64,000 nt of DNA, from the NCBI GenBank assembly GCA_021513695.1, contig CP084166.1:3017794-3081793 (forward strand), read 5' to 3'. How positions within the stretch are numbered: position 1 is the stretch's first letter; each line of letters opens with the position of its first letter. A program made the position numbers and the translations under genes. Origin of the DNA: Candidatus Heimdallarchaeum aukensis (GTDB lineage: Archaea; Asgardarchaeota; Heimdallarchaeia; Heimdallarchaeales; Heimdallarchaeaceae). Below the pieces are notes generated by a model that made no database searches, had not been told where the DNA came from, and saw only the letters and a program-made list of their open reading frames with translations. Shown piece after piece: positions 29,272-38,772 of the stretch.

Positions 29272-30495
29272 TTGACTTTACAGACAAGTGAATTCAAATT
29301 TATAATGTATGAACCATGTTTTAATAATTACGATATTGTGTATAACGAATATATGCTGGCTTATGAAGAATTTAAGAAACTAGGAGAAGAGAATGTCAAT
29401 TTTCGCGTTCTCTCTTACTTCTATGAAGGAATGCTCTATCTTATTAATGGTGACAAATTCTTTTCTCAGAAGGAATACAAAAAAGCAAATGAAAACTATG
29501 AAGAAGCACAAAAATTAATTACTCGCTCTAGAGCATCAAGAGGAATTGAAAAAGATACTATCTGGCAAGAAATGGTTAAATGGATAGCATATTGCGAATC
29601 TTATACTAATCTTTCCAAGAGTTATTTAGTCAAAGATTTCTCAGAAAAAATTGAACTATTAAAGAAAAGCAAGGCAGCAATTAAAGATTTTGTAGAAAAA
29701 AGGAAATATGATGAAAACATCATCTTGGATATCTATGCAAAAGCTAAAGAAAATTATATCAAGTACATTTATTACATAAATTTAGCTCAAAAATATGAGA
29801 AAAACACAAGAATGCAGAAAAAAATACTCCTTAAAGCGAGAAGAAAGCTACTTTTAGCTCACTTTATTCTTAATCACTATGAAGAAGAAATAGATGATTT
29901 AGACTTTAAAATTGATGAGCTAACAAAGACACACATAGTTGAAAGAGCAGAAATGTACTGGAACAAGGGAACTTTACTAATTTCTCAAAGTGACTTTATG
30001 AGTGCACACAAATATCTTCTTCTAGCTTCTCAGTACTATGAACGAGCAAGCAAAATATGTTCAGAATTTATTGAATTAAGATTATATTTAGCTCTTAGTA
30101 AAATAACAGAAAGTAGCGGTCTTGAAGCAAAAGCTAATGAACTTTACAGAAGGCAGGACAAGCCCCTAGAAGCCAGTAAACTGTTTGAAGAAGCATATGA
30201 AGTTGTAGACGAATCCCTCGGTTTACTAGCTACAATTCACAATGAAGTGTTAATAAACAATATGACTGCACAAAGATCTTATTATGAAGCTTTAGCACTC
30301 GAAGCAAAAGGTATATCCCTCTTTGACGAAGAGAAATATAAAGAATCTATAGAAATTTTTGAACAATCAATGCAAAAATTAGAAGAAACAGAACGCTTAG
30401 TAGTCGAAGGTAGTTCAGAGCATTTACAAGAGTACATTCGCTTAGCTAAGAATGAGATTGAAGGTTATTTATCTATGGCAAAAACTATGCTTTAG
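29272..30495 (+). CDS. TPR-like helical-repeat protein (intact copy)
   Basis: 407-aa all-helical ORF with repeated hydrophobic/aromatic heptad-like patterns (e.g. YEEAQKLI, YERASKIC, YYEALALEAKG). Confidence 0.5.
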   Translation: MTLQTSEFKFIMYEPCFNNYDIVYNEYMLAYEEFKKLGEENVNFRVLSYFYEGMLYLINGDKFFSQKEYKKANENYEEAQKLITRSRASRGIEKDTIWQEMVKWIAYCESYTNLSKSYLVKDFSEKIELLKKSKAAIKDFVEKRKYDENIILDIYAKAKENYIKYIYYINLAQKYEKNTRMQKKILLKARRKLLLAHFILNHYEEEIDDLDFKIDELTKTHIVERAEMYWNKGTLLISQSDFMSAHKYLLLASQYYERASKICSEFIELRLYLALSKITESSGLEAKANELYRRQDKPLEASKLFEEAYEVVDESLGLLATIHNEVLINNMTAQRSYYEALALEAKGISLFDEEKYKESIEIFEQSMQKLEETERLVVEGSSEHLQEYIRLAKNEIEGYLSMAKTML

Positions 30496-30553
30496 TATCA
30501 AATTTTTCTTCAATCAATAATCTTTATTTATCACAATATAAACAATAAATGCA

Positions 30554-31249
30554 ATGCTGTTTGACGATTTTGAAATAAAGGAGTACTTGGAAAATTTTTT
30601 CTCAAAGAATCTATCTGCCAAAGATTATCCTGAACCCGACACTGATCTCGATCATAAATTAGTTTGGAATTACAGTGAAAATGGAGATGCTTTTTCAGTA
30701 CTTCTTGATCCAATAAATGATGCTTACGAATACTTTGGAGTTACTGTAGGTGAGATATTTGCTCACCATCGATTCAAACCAATTGTTTGGCACTTGTATC
30801 TTTTTGGCAATAAAATAAAGAGCTTTGAATGGATTAAATTAAAAGATGGAACTGATTATCTTATTAATGTTGGGACTTACTCTTTTATTTCTTATATCTA
30901 CGATTTTAAAAGTGGGAAAAGGTTATACAGAAACCCAATAGAAGAGATAAAATCTCAAATATATTCACTTAACCTCAAGTATGATATATCTGTAAATGAT
31001 GTAAATGAATTTGTAGAATATTCTTTTATTGAAGACTACAGGTGGGGAGAAGTTTCGAGAAACGCTATAATAGCTCTTATACTAGATAATTTCAATAAAG
31101 ATAAAATAAATGTTAATGTTCTAGGATTAATTAATCGTGTTTTACACGAATATTCTAATTACGAATCAGACAAACAACTACTAGAAAGAGTGAAAAAAGG
31201 AGAATCACCTTTTGAACTAGGGACTATCTTTTATAACGATTTTATATAA
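30554..31249 (+). CDS. hypothetical protein (copy 2)
   Basis: Identical to 25698..26393. Confidence 0.4.
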   Translation: MLFDDFEIKEYLENFFSKNLSAKDYPEPDTDLDHKLVWNYSENGDAFSVLLDPINDAYEYFGVTVGEIFAHHRFKPIVWHLYLFGNKIKSFEWIKLKDGTDYLINVGTYSFISYIYDFKSGKRLYRNPIEEIKSQIYSLNLKYDISVNDVNEFVEYSFIEDYRWGEVSRNAIIALILDNFNKDKINVNVLGLINRVLHEYSNYESDKQLLERVKKGESPFELGTIFYNDFI

Positions 31250-31262
31250 AAAGAGAAAAAAT

Positions 31263-31562
31263 TTAACTCATTTTAAATTCTACACCGAATCCTCCATGAG
31301 GATAGTGCCAATCAACACTTCCGTGAGGACAAACAAGCCTACATGTTCCACATTCAACACAAGGTGCATAATCAAACGTTACAGGTACATCTCCATCTTC
31401 AACTAGTTTATAACATTCTGCAGGGCAACCATATACACAGTCATATGTCTTACATTTAGTTTTGCATATCTCCTCGTTTATGGTAATGTGAGCAAAATTT
31501 TTGTCTGTAACATACTTTGTTAATGCAAGTTTTTCTTCAATTTTTATTGGATTTTCTACCAT
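31263..31562 (-). CDS. fixX: ferredoxin-like protein FixX (copy 2)
   Basis: Identical to copy 1. Confidence 0.75.
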   Translation of the reverse strand: MVENPIKIEEKLALTKYVTDKNFAHITINEEICKTKCKTYDCVYGCPAECYKLVEDGDVPVTFDYAPCVECGTCRLVCPHGSVDWHYPHGGFGVEFKMS

Positions 31563-31574
31563 TCTTTTCTCCTC

Positions 31575-32888
31575 CTAAATAGATCTTAAAGCAGCAAAAG
31601 CATCTCCCATGAGCTTAAACAGCTTACCTTTCTTTAGGAAGTGCTTAATAGCTGTAGGAACAATTCTTTTTCTAGGCTCTCCAGTGTTGTGTAAAAGTTG
31701 ATACATCAAAGAATTAAGCAGTTCTGGATAAACATTGAAAATTCTCTCTCTCTCCAAGAACTTTGCAGCTCGTTTAAATCTCTTCAAATCTTGCAAAACA
31801 AAACTATCTCGCAATAATTTCAAATAAATCTTTGTTCCTTCTGCAGAATAATCATTTGTTGTTAAAGCTTCTTTTGCTGCTAACCCTGCTAGTCTTCCAG
31901 ACTCTAAAGCAAAATTCATACCTTCTATGTACAAACCTGCGTTAAGAACCATACCAGCAGCATCACCAGCAATCATCACACCGTTCCCATATAACTTAGG
32001 CATGTGTTTGTATCCCCCTTCAGGAATAGCGTGAGCAGAGTATTCAACCATTTTAGCATCTTTAAGGAGCTTTTGGATGTAGGGGTGTTTCTTAAAATCT
32101 TCAAAAGCATCAATCGCTCTGATCTTTTTTTGTATAAGTTTTTTCATGTTTAAGATCAATCCAAAAGAAAGTGTTTCTTTATTTGTATAGAAGAATCCTC
32201 CTCCTGGAATTCCATGAGTATAACCTAGAAACTCGTTACTTATTCCTTCATTTCCATTAAGATGAAATCTCTCTTCAATTATTTCTTTCTTTAATTCATA
32301 TGTTTCTTTCATTCCTACAGCGTAGTGTGAAGGTGAAGGCTTTTTAGCAAGTTTAGCTTTTTCTGCTAATAAAGTAACAGCTCCTTCAGCAATTATAGTG
32401 AGTTTAGCTTTTAATTCATCTTCTCCAGATTCTATTCCTATAATTTGATTATCCTTCCAAATGAAATCTTCAGCTACAGTGTTGTCGAGAATAAAAGCTC
32501 CTGCTTCTTCTGCTTTTTGGGCCAACCATCTGTCAAATTTTGGACGAATAACAGTTACACCATTGTAAGGTGGTTCGGCAAAATCTTGTAAATCAATATC
32601 AATAGTCATTGCTCGCTTTTCAGACAAAAGAGTAATCTTTTTAGTTGTTAAATATCTCTCAATAGCATCTTCTTCCCAATAGTTAGGAACGATTTTATTT
32701 AGTACTGGGCCGTAAAGAGCTCCTCCACTTACATTTTTTGCACCAGGATACTGTCCTCTTTCAATAATAGCAACCTCTTTTCCTTCCTTTGCTAAAGTTA
32801 ATGCTGCAGAAGAACCAGCTAGTCCAGCTCCAACTATAATTACATCAAAATCGTATTCTACAGTCATAAAAAAATGTTTGATTTTCAA
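31575..32888 (-). CDS. fixC: FAD-dependent oxidoreductase FixC, copy 2 (contiguous with etfBA)
   Basis: Identical to copy 1. Directly downstream of etfA. Confidence 0.8.
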   Translation of the reverse strand: MKIKHFFMTVEYDFDVIIVGAGLAGSSAALTLAKEGKEVAIIERGQYPGAKNVSGGALYGPVLNKIVPNYWEEDAIERYLTTKKITLLSEKRAMTIDIDLQDFAEPPYNGVTVIRPKFDRWLAQKAEEAGAFILDNTVAEDFIWKDNQIIGIESGEDELKAKLTIIAEGAVTLLAEKAKLAKKPSPSHYAVGMKETYELKKEIIEERFHLNGNEGISNEFLGYTHGIPGGGFFYTNKETLSFGLILNMKKLIQKKIRAIDAFEDFKKHPYIQKLLKDAKMVEYSAHAIPEGGYKHMPKLYGNGVMIAGDAAGMVLNAGLYIEGMNFALESGRLAGLAAKEALTTNDYSAEGTKIYLKLLRDSFVLQDLKRFKRAAKFLERERIFNVYPELLNSLMYQLLHNTGEPRKRIVPTAIKHFLKKGKLFKLMGDAFAALRSI

Positions 32889-32940
32889 TATAAAATGTTT
32901 ATGTGAAAATATAAAAAAGAAAATAGAAAAGAATGAAAAA

Positions 32941-33915
32941 TTATTTTATCTTTTCTTTTAAAATAGGAAGAATTTGATGAAGATCTCCAACTATTCCATA
33001 ATCACAATATTTGAATATAGAAGCTCTTTCGTCAGTGTTTATTGCTATCAAGGTCTTGGCTTTAACTCCACAGATATGTTGAGGTGCACCACTAATTCCT
33101 GCGGCAATATACAAATCAGGGGAAACTGACTGACCAGTTTGGCCTATTTCATAAGTTTCTTCTATCCAATGTAGATCTGTGCAGGCTCTTGTTGCACCCA
33201 TTTCTCCTCCAAGCAAGTCAGCTAGTTCTTTAATAATAGCGAATTTGTCTTTTCCACCTACACCCCTTCCTCCAGCAACAATTATCTTTGCATCTTTAAG
33301 ATTAACTGTCTTCTTCGCTTTAAGAATCTCTACACTTTTAACAATTCTATCTTTTTCATCGAATGAAACAGTTAATTTTTCTATTTCTGGTTCTTGTCCT
33401 TCTGGATTCTCATCTATAAAGAAAGCTCCTGCACGAGTTGTGATGAATATTTTTTCTCCTTTAGATTTCATTTTTACCATAGCTTGGTCGTCTCTAACTG
33501 GAGTAATAGCTATAAGATCATCACCCTCTAAAATCAAGTCAGTTACTCTTTCAAGACAAGTAGTGTTATAATGAACAGCTAATCTGGGAATGAGGTCTTC
33601 TACATTAACTAGTCCTCCACCAATAACTACTTTAGGGTCAGCAGTTTTGATAATCTCTAACATAGCTTTTACATAAGCTCGAGAAAGGTAAGTGCTCAAT
33701 TCAGGAGCTTCTACTACAAAGACTTTTTTAGCTCCGTGCTTACCTAAAGTGGAAATCCATTCATCTTTAGCTTGTTCACAGAGGAGAGCAGCAGAAACAT
33801 CTCCTAAACTAGTAAAGTTTTTGACTTTATTTAGAACTCCTAAAACGTTTTCTTCTATTTCTCCATCTCTGATTAAAGCAAAAACAAGTATTCCAGTCAT
33901 TTTATGCACCCCCAA
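32941..33915 (-). CDS. etfA: electron transfer flavoprotein alpha subunit (FixB/EtfA)
   Basis: EtfA FAD-binding C-terminal motifs (IAINTDE, PQHICG-like), length 324 aa. Confidence 0.85.
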   Translation of the reverse strand: MGVHKMTGILVFALIRDGEIEENVLGVLNKVKNFTSLGDVSAALLCEQAKDEWISTLGKHGAKKVFVVEAPELSTYLSRAYVKAMLEIIKTADPKVVIGGGLVNVEDLIPRLAVHYNTTCLERVTDLILEGDDLIAITPVRDDQAMVKMKSKGEKIFITTRAGAFFIDENPEGQEPEIEKLTVSFDEKDRIVKSVEILKAKKTVNLKDAKIIVAGGRGVGGKDKFAIIKELADLLGGEMGATRACTDLHWIEETYEIGQTGQSVSPDLYIAAGISGAPQHICGVKAKTLIAINTDERASIFKYCDYGIVGDLHQILPILKEKIK

Positions 33916-34717
33916 GTTTAATACCGTCTTCTTTCATCTTCTCAAGAAGCTTGTCAACCATTTCCTCAGGTTCGCCTTCTGAAATAATGAAGCTTTCTTT
34001 CTCAATGACAATATTCTCCAATGAAAGAACCTCTAGATCAGAGATGTCTTGTCCTACATCATTAGCAGAAAGACCTAAATCTTCAAGTGTCCATGCAGGT
34101 ATTTGAGCTCTTTTCGACATCATAATTCCACGCATTGAGGTATAACGAGGAATAAAATACTCAGAGTCAGAAATACTGAACAAAGACTTACCTAAAGGAA
34201 CTTGAACAATCTCTTTTCCTCCTTCTAGCACTCTAGAAACAATAAAGGCATCATCCTTCTTTTCAAGTTTTTCAACATAAAGAACAGAAGGAATATCTAA
34301 AAGCTCTGCAAGTATAGGCGCTTCAGCGTAGGATGAAGTAGGCATTACTTGTCCACCAATCATAACTAAATCATACTCTCCAATTTTCTCAAGAACTTTA
34401 TGGTAAACTTTAGCCATAATAAGAGGGTCATGACTAAAAATGTCTTTAGAATTGACAACAATTCCAGAGTTACAACCCATGGCTATTGCTTCTCTAACTG
34501 CTTTCTCAGGCTTCAAATCTCCAACACAAACAGCAGTTACAGTTGCTCCTTCACTGTCTTTGAATTTTAAAGCTCCTTCAATGGCGTTCTTGTCAATAGG
34601 GTTGATTATAAGATCATCAGCATTAATTTTTGATTCATCAAAATAGTCTATTCCCTCAAGATTGACCTGAGGATCAAGAATCTGACGTATAAACACAACG
34701 ATATTCATATTAATCAA
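33902..34717 (-). CDS. etfB: electron transfer flavoprotein beta subunit (FixA/EtfB)
   Basis: MNIVVFIRQILDP N-terminus typical of EtfB, length 271 aa. Overlaps the etfA start. Confidence 0.85.
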   Translation of the reverse strand: MINMNIVVFIRQILDPQVNLEGIDYFDESKINADDLIINPIDKNAIEGALKFKDSEGATVTAVCVGDLKPEKAVREAIAMGCNSGIVVNSKDIFSHDPLIMAKVYHKVLEKIGEYDLVMIGGQVMPTSSYAEAPILAELLDIPSVLYVEKLEKKDDAFIVSRVLEGGKEIVQVPLGKSLFSISDSEYFIPRYTSMRGIMMSKRAQIPAWTLEDLGLSANDVGQDISDLEVLSLENIVIEKESFIISEGEPEEMVDKLLEKMKEDGIKLGGA

Positions 34718-34944
34718 AAAATGAACAAATAAGAATTACAAAAATCTTTCTCTCCGTTAATTTCAGCAAAAGTGAAAAAAGTACCTTTATAAGCTGAAAA
34801 ATCTTTTAAAACTAATAGAATAGAAGAGACAATAAATTTTCATTGTTTAAATTACAATTTTTTATAGCATTCTTTCTTTATTGTTCTTTGTTAAATATAT
34901 TTAGTAAATCTTTTTAAATTGAAAGAATAGTTCTCTTAGATTTT

Positions 34945-36000
34945 ATGAATATCGACAGAAATGAAATTATAAAGATGCAAGAAAAGCTAAGCAATCTTAT
35001 TGGTTGCCCAGGGCATGAAGAAGAAGTTGCAGAATTCATATTATCACAATTAAATGATTGTGTAGATCGAGCTTGGATTGACCCTCTTGGTAACGTATTA
35101 GCTATTAAAAAAGGAACAGTAGAAAATGGTATGAAAATTCTTTTAGATGCTCACATGGATGAAGTAGGATTTATGATTTCGCACATTGAAGAAAAAGGTT
35201 TTCTAAGAATTGCTCCACTTGGTGGAATAGATAAAAGAGTTATGCTTGGCTCTTTACTTCAATTTCAGACAGATAACAATGAAAAAATAGTTGGGATAGT
35301 TGGCTCTCATCCTCCTCATATAACAAAAAGTGAAGAAAGAGAAAGAGTTCCTGAAATATCAGAAATGTTTGTTGACATTGGTTACCAATCGCGAGAAGAA
35401 GTACTAGCAAAAGGATTACATGTAGGAAGTGTTGGAACTTTCTATACCAAATTTGAACAATTAGATGATGAAACTGTAATAGGTAAAGCATTTGATGATA
35501 GAACAGCTTGTAATGTCTTGTTACAAGTTTTAAAAGCTCTTAAAGATGTCGAGCATCCCCATACAATTTTAGCAGTATTTGCAGTGCAAGAAGAAGTAGG
35601 AGGAAGAGGAGCGACAGTAGGAGCTTTTGAACTTCAACCTACAATGGCTTTAGCTTTAGAAAATACTATCGCAAGTGACGTGGTAGGAGTCCCCACTAAC
35701 AAAGTAGTTACAAGTATTGGAAAGGGACCAGCAGTAACTGCTGCTGATAGATCACTAATAACACCAAAAAAAGTCCTAAATCGTATTAAACAAGCCGCAG
35801 AAAAAGATGACATTAAAACACAGTATAAAATGCCCATTTTTGGAGGATCAGATGGAGGAAGAATAGCTATCACTCGATCTGGAGTACCAACAGGTGTGGT
35901 TAGTGTTCCCTGTCGATATATTCACGGGCCTGTAGCTATGTTAAAAATAAAAGATATAGAAGAAACTATAAAACTAGTTTACAACTTTTGCACAATTTAA
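34945..36000 (+). CDS. M42-family aminopeptidase (TET/FrvX-like)
   Basis: HMDEVGFMISHIEEKGFLRIAPLGG and other M42 motifs, length 351 aa. Confidence 0.8.
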   Translation: MNIDRNEIIKMQEKLSNLIGCPGHEEEVAEFILSQLNDCVDRAWIDPLGNVLAIKKGTVENGMKILLDAHMDEVGFMISHIEEKGFLRIAPLGGIDKRVMLGSLLQFQTDNNEKIVGIVGSHPPHITKSEERERVPEISEMFVDIGYQSREEVLAKGLHVGSVGTFYTKFEQLDDETVIGKAFDDRTACNVLLQVLKALKDVEHPHTILAVFAVQEEVGGRGATVGAFELQPTMALALENTIASDVVGVPTNKVVTSIGKGPAVTAADRSLITPKKVLNRIKQAAEKDDIKTQYKMPIFGGSDGGRIAITRSGVPTGVVSVPCRYIHGPVAMLKIKDIEETIKLVYNFCTI

Positions 36001-36032
36001 AGAAAAAGTAAAAATTTCTTTTTCTTTTTTTC

Positions 36033-36599
36033 TTATTTATACAATTCTAAATATTCATCAAACAGGATATCCATTAGAATTATGTCATAGTATTTGCCTT
36101 CATGAAAGCGAGCCTTTCTTCTTCTACCAATGTGTTTGAAACCTAATTTCTCATAAACGTGGACAGCTCGTTTATTAAACTCAAAAACCTCGAGTTCTAT
36201 TCTGTTTAAGTTGAGAATAAGAAAACCAAATTTCAAAATACATTTTGTAGCATCAGAGCCATATCCTTTGTTATGATTAGCAGGATTGTGAATAGCTATT
36301 CCAAAAACACAAGTCCTATTTATCCAGTCAATATTCATTAAAGAAACGCTACCAAGAAATTCATTTTTTTCCTTCTCGACAATAGCAAATGTGAAGGATG
36401 AACGACGATTAGCATCACGATAAAGGCTTTGAATCCATTCTTCTTCTTGTGTTGAACTGTGTGGAATAGGATGACCAAGGTATTGCCTAGTTTCATAAGT
36501 ATTCCAATATTTCATTATGTCTTTAAGATCTGATTTTTCAACAGGTCGAAGTATAACTTTTTCACCTATGAATGGTGAACCAAAGTCTTTTGATGTCAT
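36033..36599 (-). CDS. GNAT-family N-acetyltransferase (RimJ/RimL-like)
   Basis: 188 aa. The acetyl-CoA binding region GYGSDATK follows the pattern of the GNAT R/Q-x-x-G-x-G/A motif. Confidence 0.7.
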   Translation of the reverse strand: MTSKDFGSPFIGEKVILRPVEKSDLKDIMKYWNTYETRQYLGHPIPHSSTQEEEWIQSLYRDANRRSSFTFAIVEKEKNEFLGSVSLMNIDWINRTCVFGIAIHNPANHNKGYGSDATKCILKFGFLILNLNRIELEVFEFNKRAVHVYEKLGFKHIGRRRKARFHEGKYYDIILMDILFDEYLELYK

Positions 36600-36759
36600 A
36601 ATAGTCTGAAATTCTTCAAAGTTTAAAAATTTGTCTAATCAAACCTTATTTATAAACAATTACAGTTTAAAAAAAGAAAAAAAGAAAAAAAGTTATTTGA
36701 TATGAGCTGGTCTATATCCAGCATGTGCAAGAATACTTGTTGCTTTACCTATGATTTAC

Positions 36760-37060
36760 TTTTTTACATAAAGTTTTTCGCACTCTGTCTTGCAAGAGAA
36801 AAAACTAAAGGAAGTTTAATCTCTTGAACTCAACCAAGCCATACAATGCCGTGAAGGGGTTGAGACAGACATCATACACGAATCGTGGGAATCATAAAGA
36901 AGAAAAGAGTTGTAAGTTCTTTTCTTCACTCCACGAGAGACAAAAAAGAAAGAATTACCCACTAAAAGAGAGAAGTAATTACTTTCCTTTTTGTCTACTG
37001 GGACTGCAACCAATGGCTGAGCCCTAGACAAACAGTGAAATGAGTGAGACTGTATTTCTG
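36760..37060 (-). ncRNA. candidate omega-RNA (reRNA) of TnpB, overlapping the tnpB 3' end and the right end of the IS
   Basis: This region is distinctly GC-richer than its surroundings and has overlapping ORFs on both strands (36816..37031), typical of a structured RNA. Its position relative to tnpB matches known omega-RNAs. Extent is not determined. Confidence 0.3.
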
Positions 37061-38452
37061 ACCAGTGAGGTAATCGGTGATAGTATTTCCTCGAGGACGG
37101 AAAAGTTCCCCAAGGAACTTACGCGCGATATTCATTGCTCCAGTGAGGTCAGAGTGGAAAGTGTAATTGCAAGAGGGACAATGGACTAAACCTCTAACGG
37201 GACGGATAACTTTCCTTCCGCAACGAGTACAGTGAGAGGATGTTCCTTTTTCCTCTATCGTTAATATTCGGTGAGGTTCAAAACCTCTTAATATCAATGC
37301 TCGATGAAGAAGAGCAAGAACAAGAGAAAAGTTCCACTGATGAAGTTTTCTACGAAACTTACGAGTAATTTTTCTCTTTCCTTTCTCCTCTCGAATGTGT
37401 TTAGGATAACCTACAACGACGAAAAGGTCATACCTTTGTGCATAAGTTTCTATCGTCTGCACGACATTGTTTATAAATTGGTGAATATAGACGCGTTTAA
37501 CGTTTTTATATCTTCTTCGGAGAAGGCCGAGAAAACGGTAAATTTGGTGTTTTTTACCAGATTGGTCGTTTAAAGCCGCTTTCCTCTGAAGACGGGAAAG
37601 TTTGAGTTTATATCGATGATTAACTCTATTCCACTGTTTGGTATACCAGAATTTTATCTCTTTGTTTGTTAATTTCTTTTTAGGGGTTAGAAGCACTCCT
37701 GCAGCAGGAATGTTTATACCTAGATCTATTCCCAGCACAGCTGGGGGAAGAGAAGAAGAATTCTCTTTTTCAGGAGAATAAAAAGAAGGAGGAGGAAGAA
37801 CTTTTAGTTGGAAATACACCCACCACTCACGTGTAGAACGTTTATATCTTAGTTCTAAACTTTTCACTCTCCCTTTCTTTAACTCTTTCTGGTGGAAAGT
37901 GCTCATCTCTAAAGGTAACCATAGTTTCTGATGATAAGGTGTGTTTCTTCTCCACGTATCTAACGAGTCTCTTATCCCCACCCACCAACGAGTAAGTGTA
38001 TTATTCTTCTCTTTTGGCAGATGCACGAGAACAAACCTCTTTGCATTAATTAGTTGTCTTCTTGCTCTCTTTATTGGAAGACGAGTAGGACTGGGTCTAT
38101 ACCCTTGCTCGTATAGTTGCACAGCTATATCTCTACATTCTTGGAATTCATTGTGAGAACAATAAGGGAACATTTTCTTGAAATCGTGAAGAACAGTCTC
38201 TCTCCTCTCTTCTACTCTCTTTAATCTTGATGTCGTTAGCGTCAGTTCATCTAGTTTTCCTCTGTGAACTCTTATTTTCCCATTTTTAGTTTTAGTACAT
38301 ATTTTTCTTCTGTTGTGATGTATAATTCTCACATACTTTTCTATTATCCTTGTGTCTCTCCCCGTTATTTTCCTTAACTTTTCCTTTTTTCTCGTCGTCA
38401 ATACCTCATTCTTTATCCTCACTTTCAAGGTTTTGACGACGTCCTCCACCAT
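36995..38452 (-). CDS. tnpB: TnpB (OrfB) RNA-guided endonuclease of an IS200/IS605-family element
   Basis: 485 aa with a C-terminal zinc finger (CTRCG ... CPSCN). An upstream DLGINIPA motif could carry the RuvC-I catalytic Asp; this assignment is uncertain. The N-terminus is a basic helix-rich region. Confidence 0.8.
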   Translation of the reverse strand: MVEDVVKTLKVRIKNEVLTTRKKEKLRKITGRDTRIIEKYVRIIHHNRRKICTKTKNGKIRVHRGKLDELTLTTSRLKRVEERRETVLHDFKKMFPYCSHNEFQECRDIAVQLYEQGYRPSPTRLPIKRARRQLINAKRFVLVHLPKEKNNTLTRWWVGIRDSLDTWRRNTPYHQKLWLPLEMSTFHQKELKKGRVKSLELRYKRSTREWWVYFQLKVLPPPSFYSPEKENSSSLPPAVLGIDLGINIPAAGVLLTPKKKLTNKEIKFWYTKQWNRVNHRYKLKLSRLQRKAALNDQSGKKHQIYRFLGLLRRRYKNVKRVYIHQFINNVVQTIETYAQRYDLFVVVGYPKHIREEKGKRKITRKFRRKLHQWNFSLVLALLHRALILRGFEPHRILTIEEKGTSSHCTRCGRKVIRPVRGLVHCPSCNYTFHSDLTGAMNIARKFLGELFRPRGNTITDYLTGQKYSLTHFTVCLGLSHWLQSQ

Positions 38453-38772
38453 TTTTTTCCTTCCTTCTTTTCTTTTTCTGTTTATTTTTTCTATTTTTTT
38501 TCTTCTTCTCTTTTTATTTTACTTTTTTTTCCTATAAAAACCCCTCTCCTTCCTCTCCTCTCTTCTCTTTCTTCCTCACTTTGCTGTCAACAACTGTAAA
38601 TTACGTAAAAAATAGACGCATGTGAATCGTCAATACTTAGTTTATATATTATTTAAATATTATTCCTCTTAAACTGCCATTATCCAGTAAAATATTTATA
38701 TATTTTTGAGAAAAACATATTTTCTTAAAATTATATTTTTTGAATAAGGAAAAAGATAGTCCAAGACCAAAT

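Larger units (their letters stand above)
28096..32951. repeat. tandem direct repeat, copy 2 (about 4856 bp)
   Basis: See copy 1. This copy carries the intact TPR-like ORF. Confidence 0.85.
36700..38600 (-). mobile_element. IS200/IS605-family element (IS1341-like, tnpB only, no tnpA)
   Basis: The TnpB ORF is flanked at its 3' side by a subterminal hairpin (GCTGG-tctatat-CCAGC, about 36706..36724) and a GC-richer structured region. At its 5' side there is a polypyrimidine tract. Boundaries are approximate. Confidence 0.55.

Noticed and set aside
33179-33982. Plus-strand ORFs (130 aa and 96 aa) overlapping etfA/etfB
   Set aside because: Antisense shadow ORFs within conserved flavoprotein genes, with S/P/L-rich low-complexity products.
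36816-37031. Two overlapping ORFs of 67-71 aa on opposite strands just downstream of tnpB
   Set aside because: They lie in the GC-richer right-end/omega-RNA region of the IS element. Open frames on both strands are the expected by-product of a structured RNA region, not coding evidence.
38455-38580. 120-nt polypyrimidine (CT-rich) tract, initially considered a possible microsatellite or CRISPR-leader-like region
   Set aside because: No spacer/repeat periodicity and no nearby cas genes. Best explained as the 5' end or upstream region of the IS element, and reported under the TnpB finding instead.
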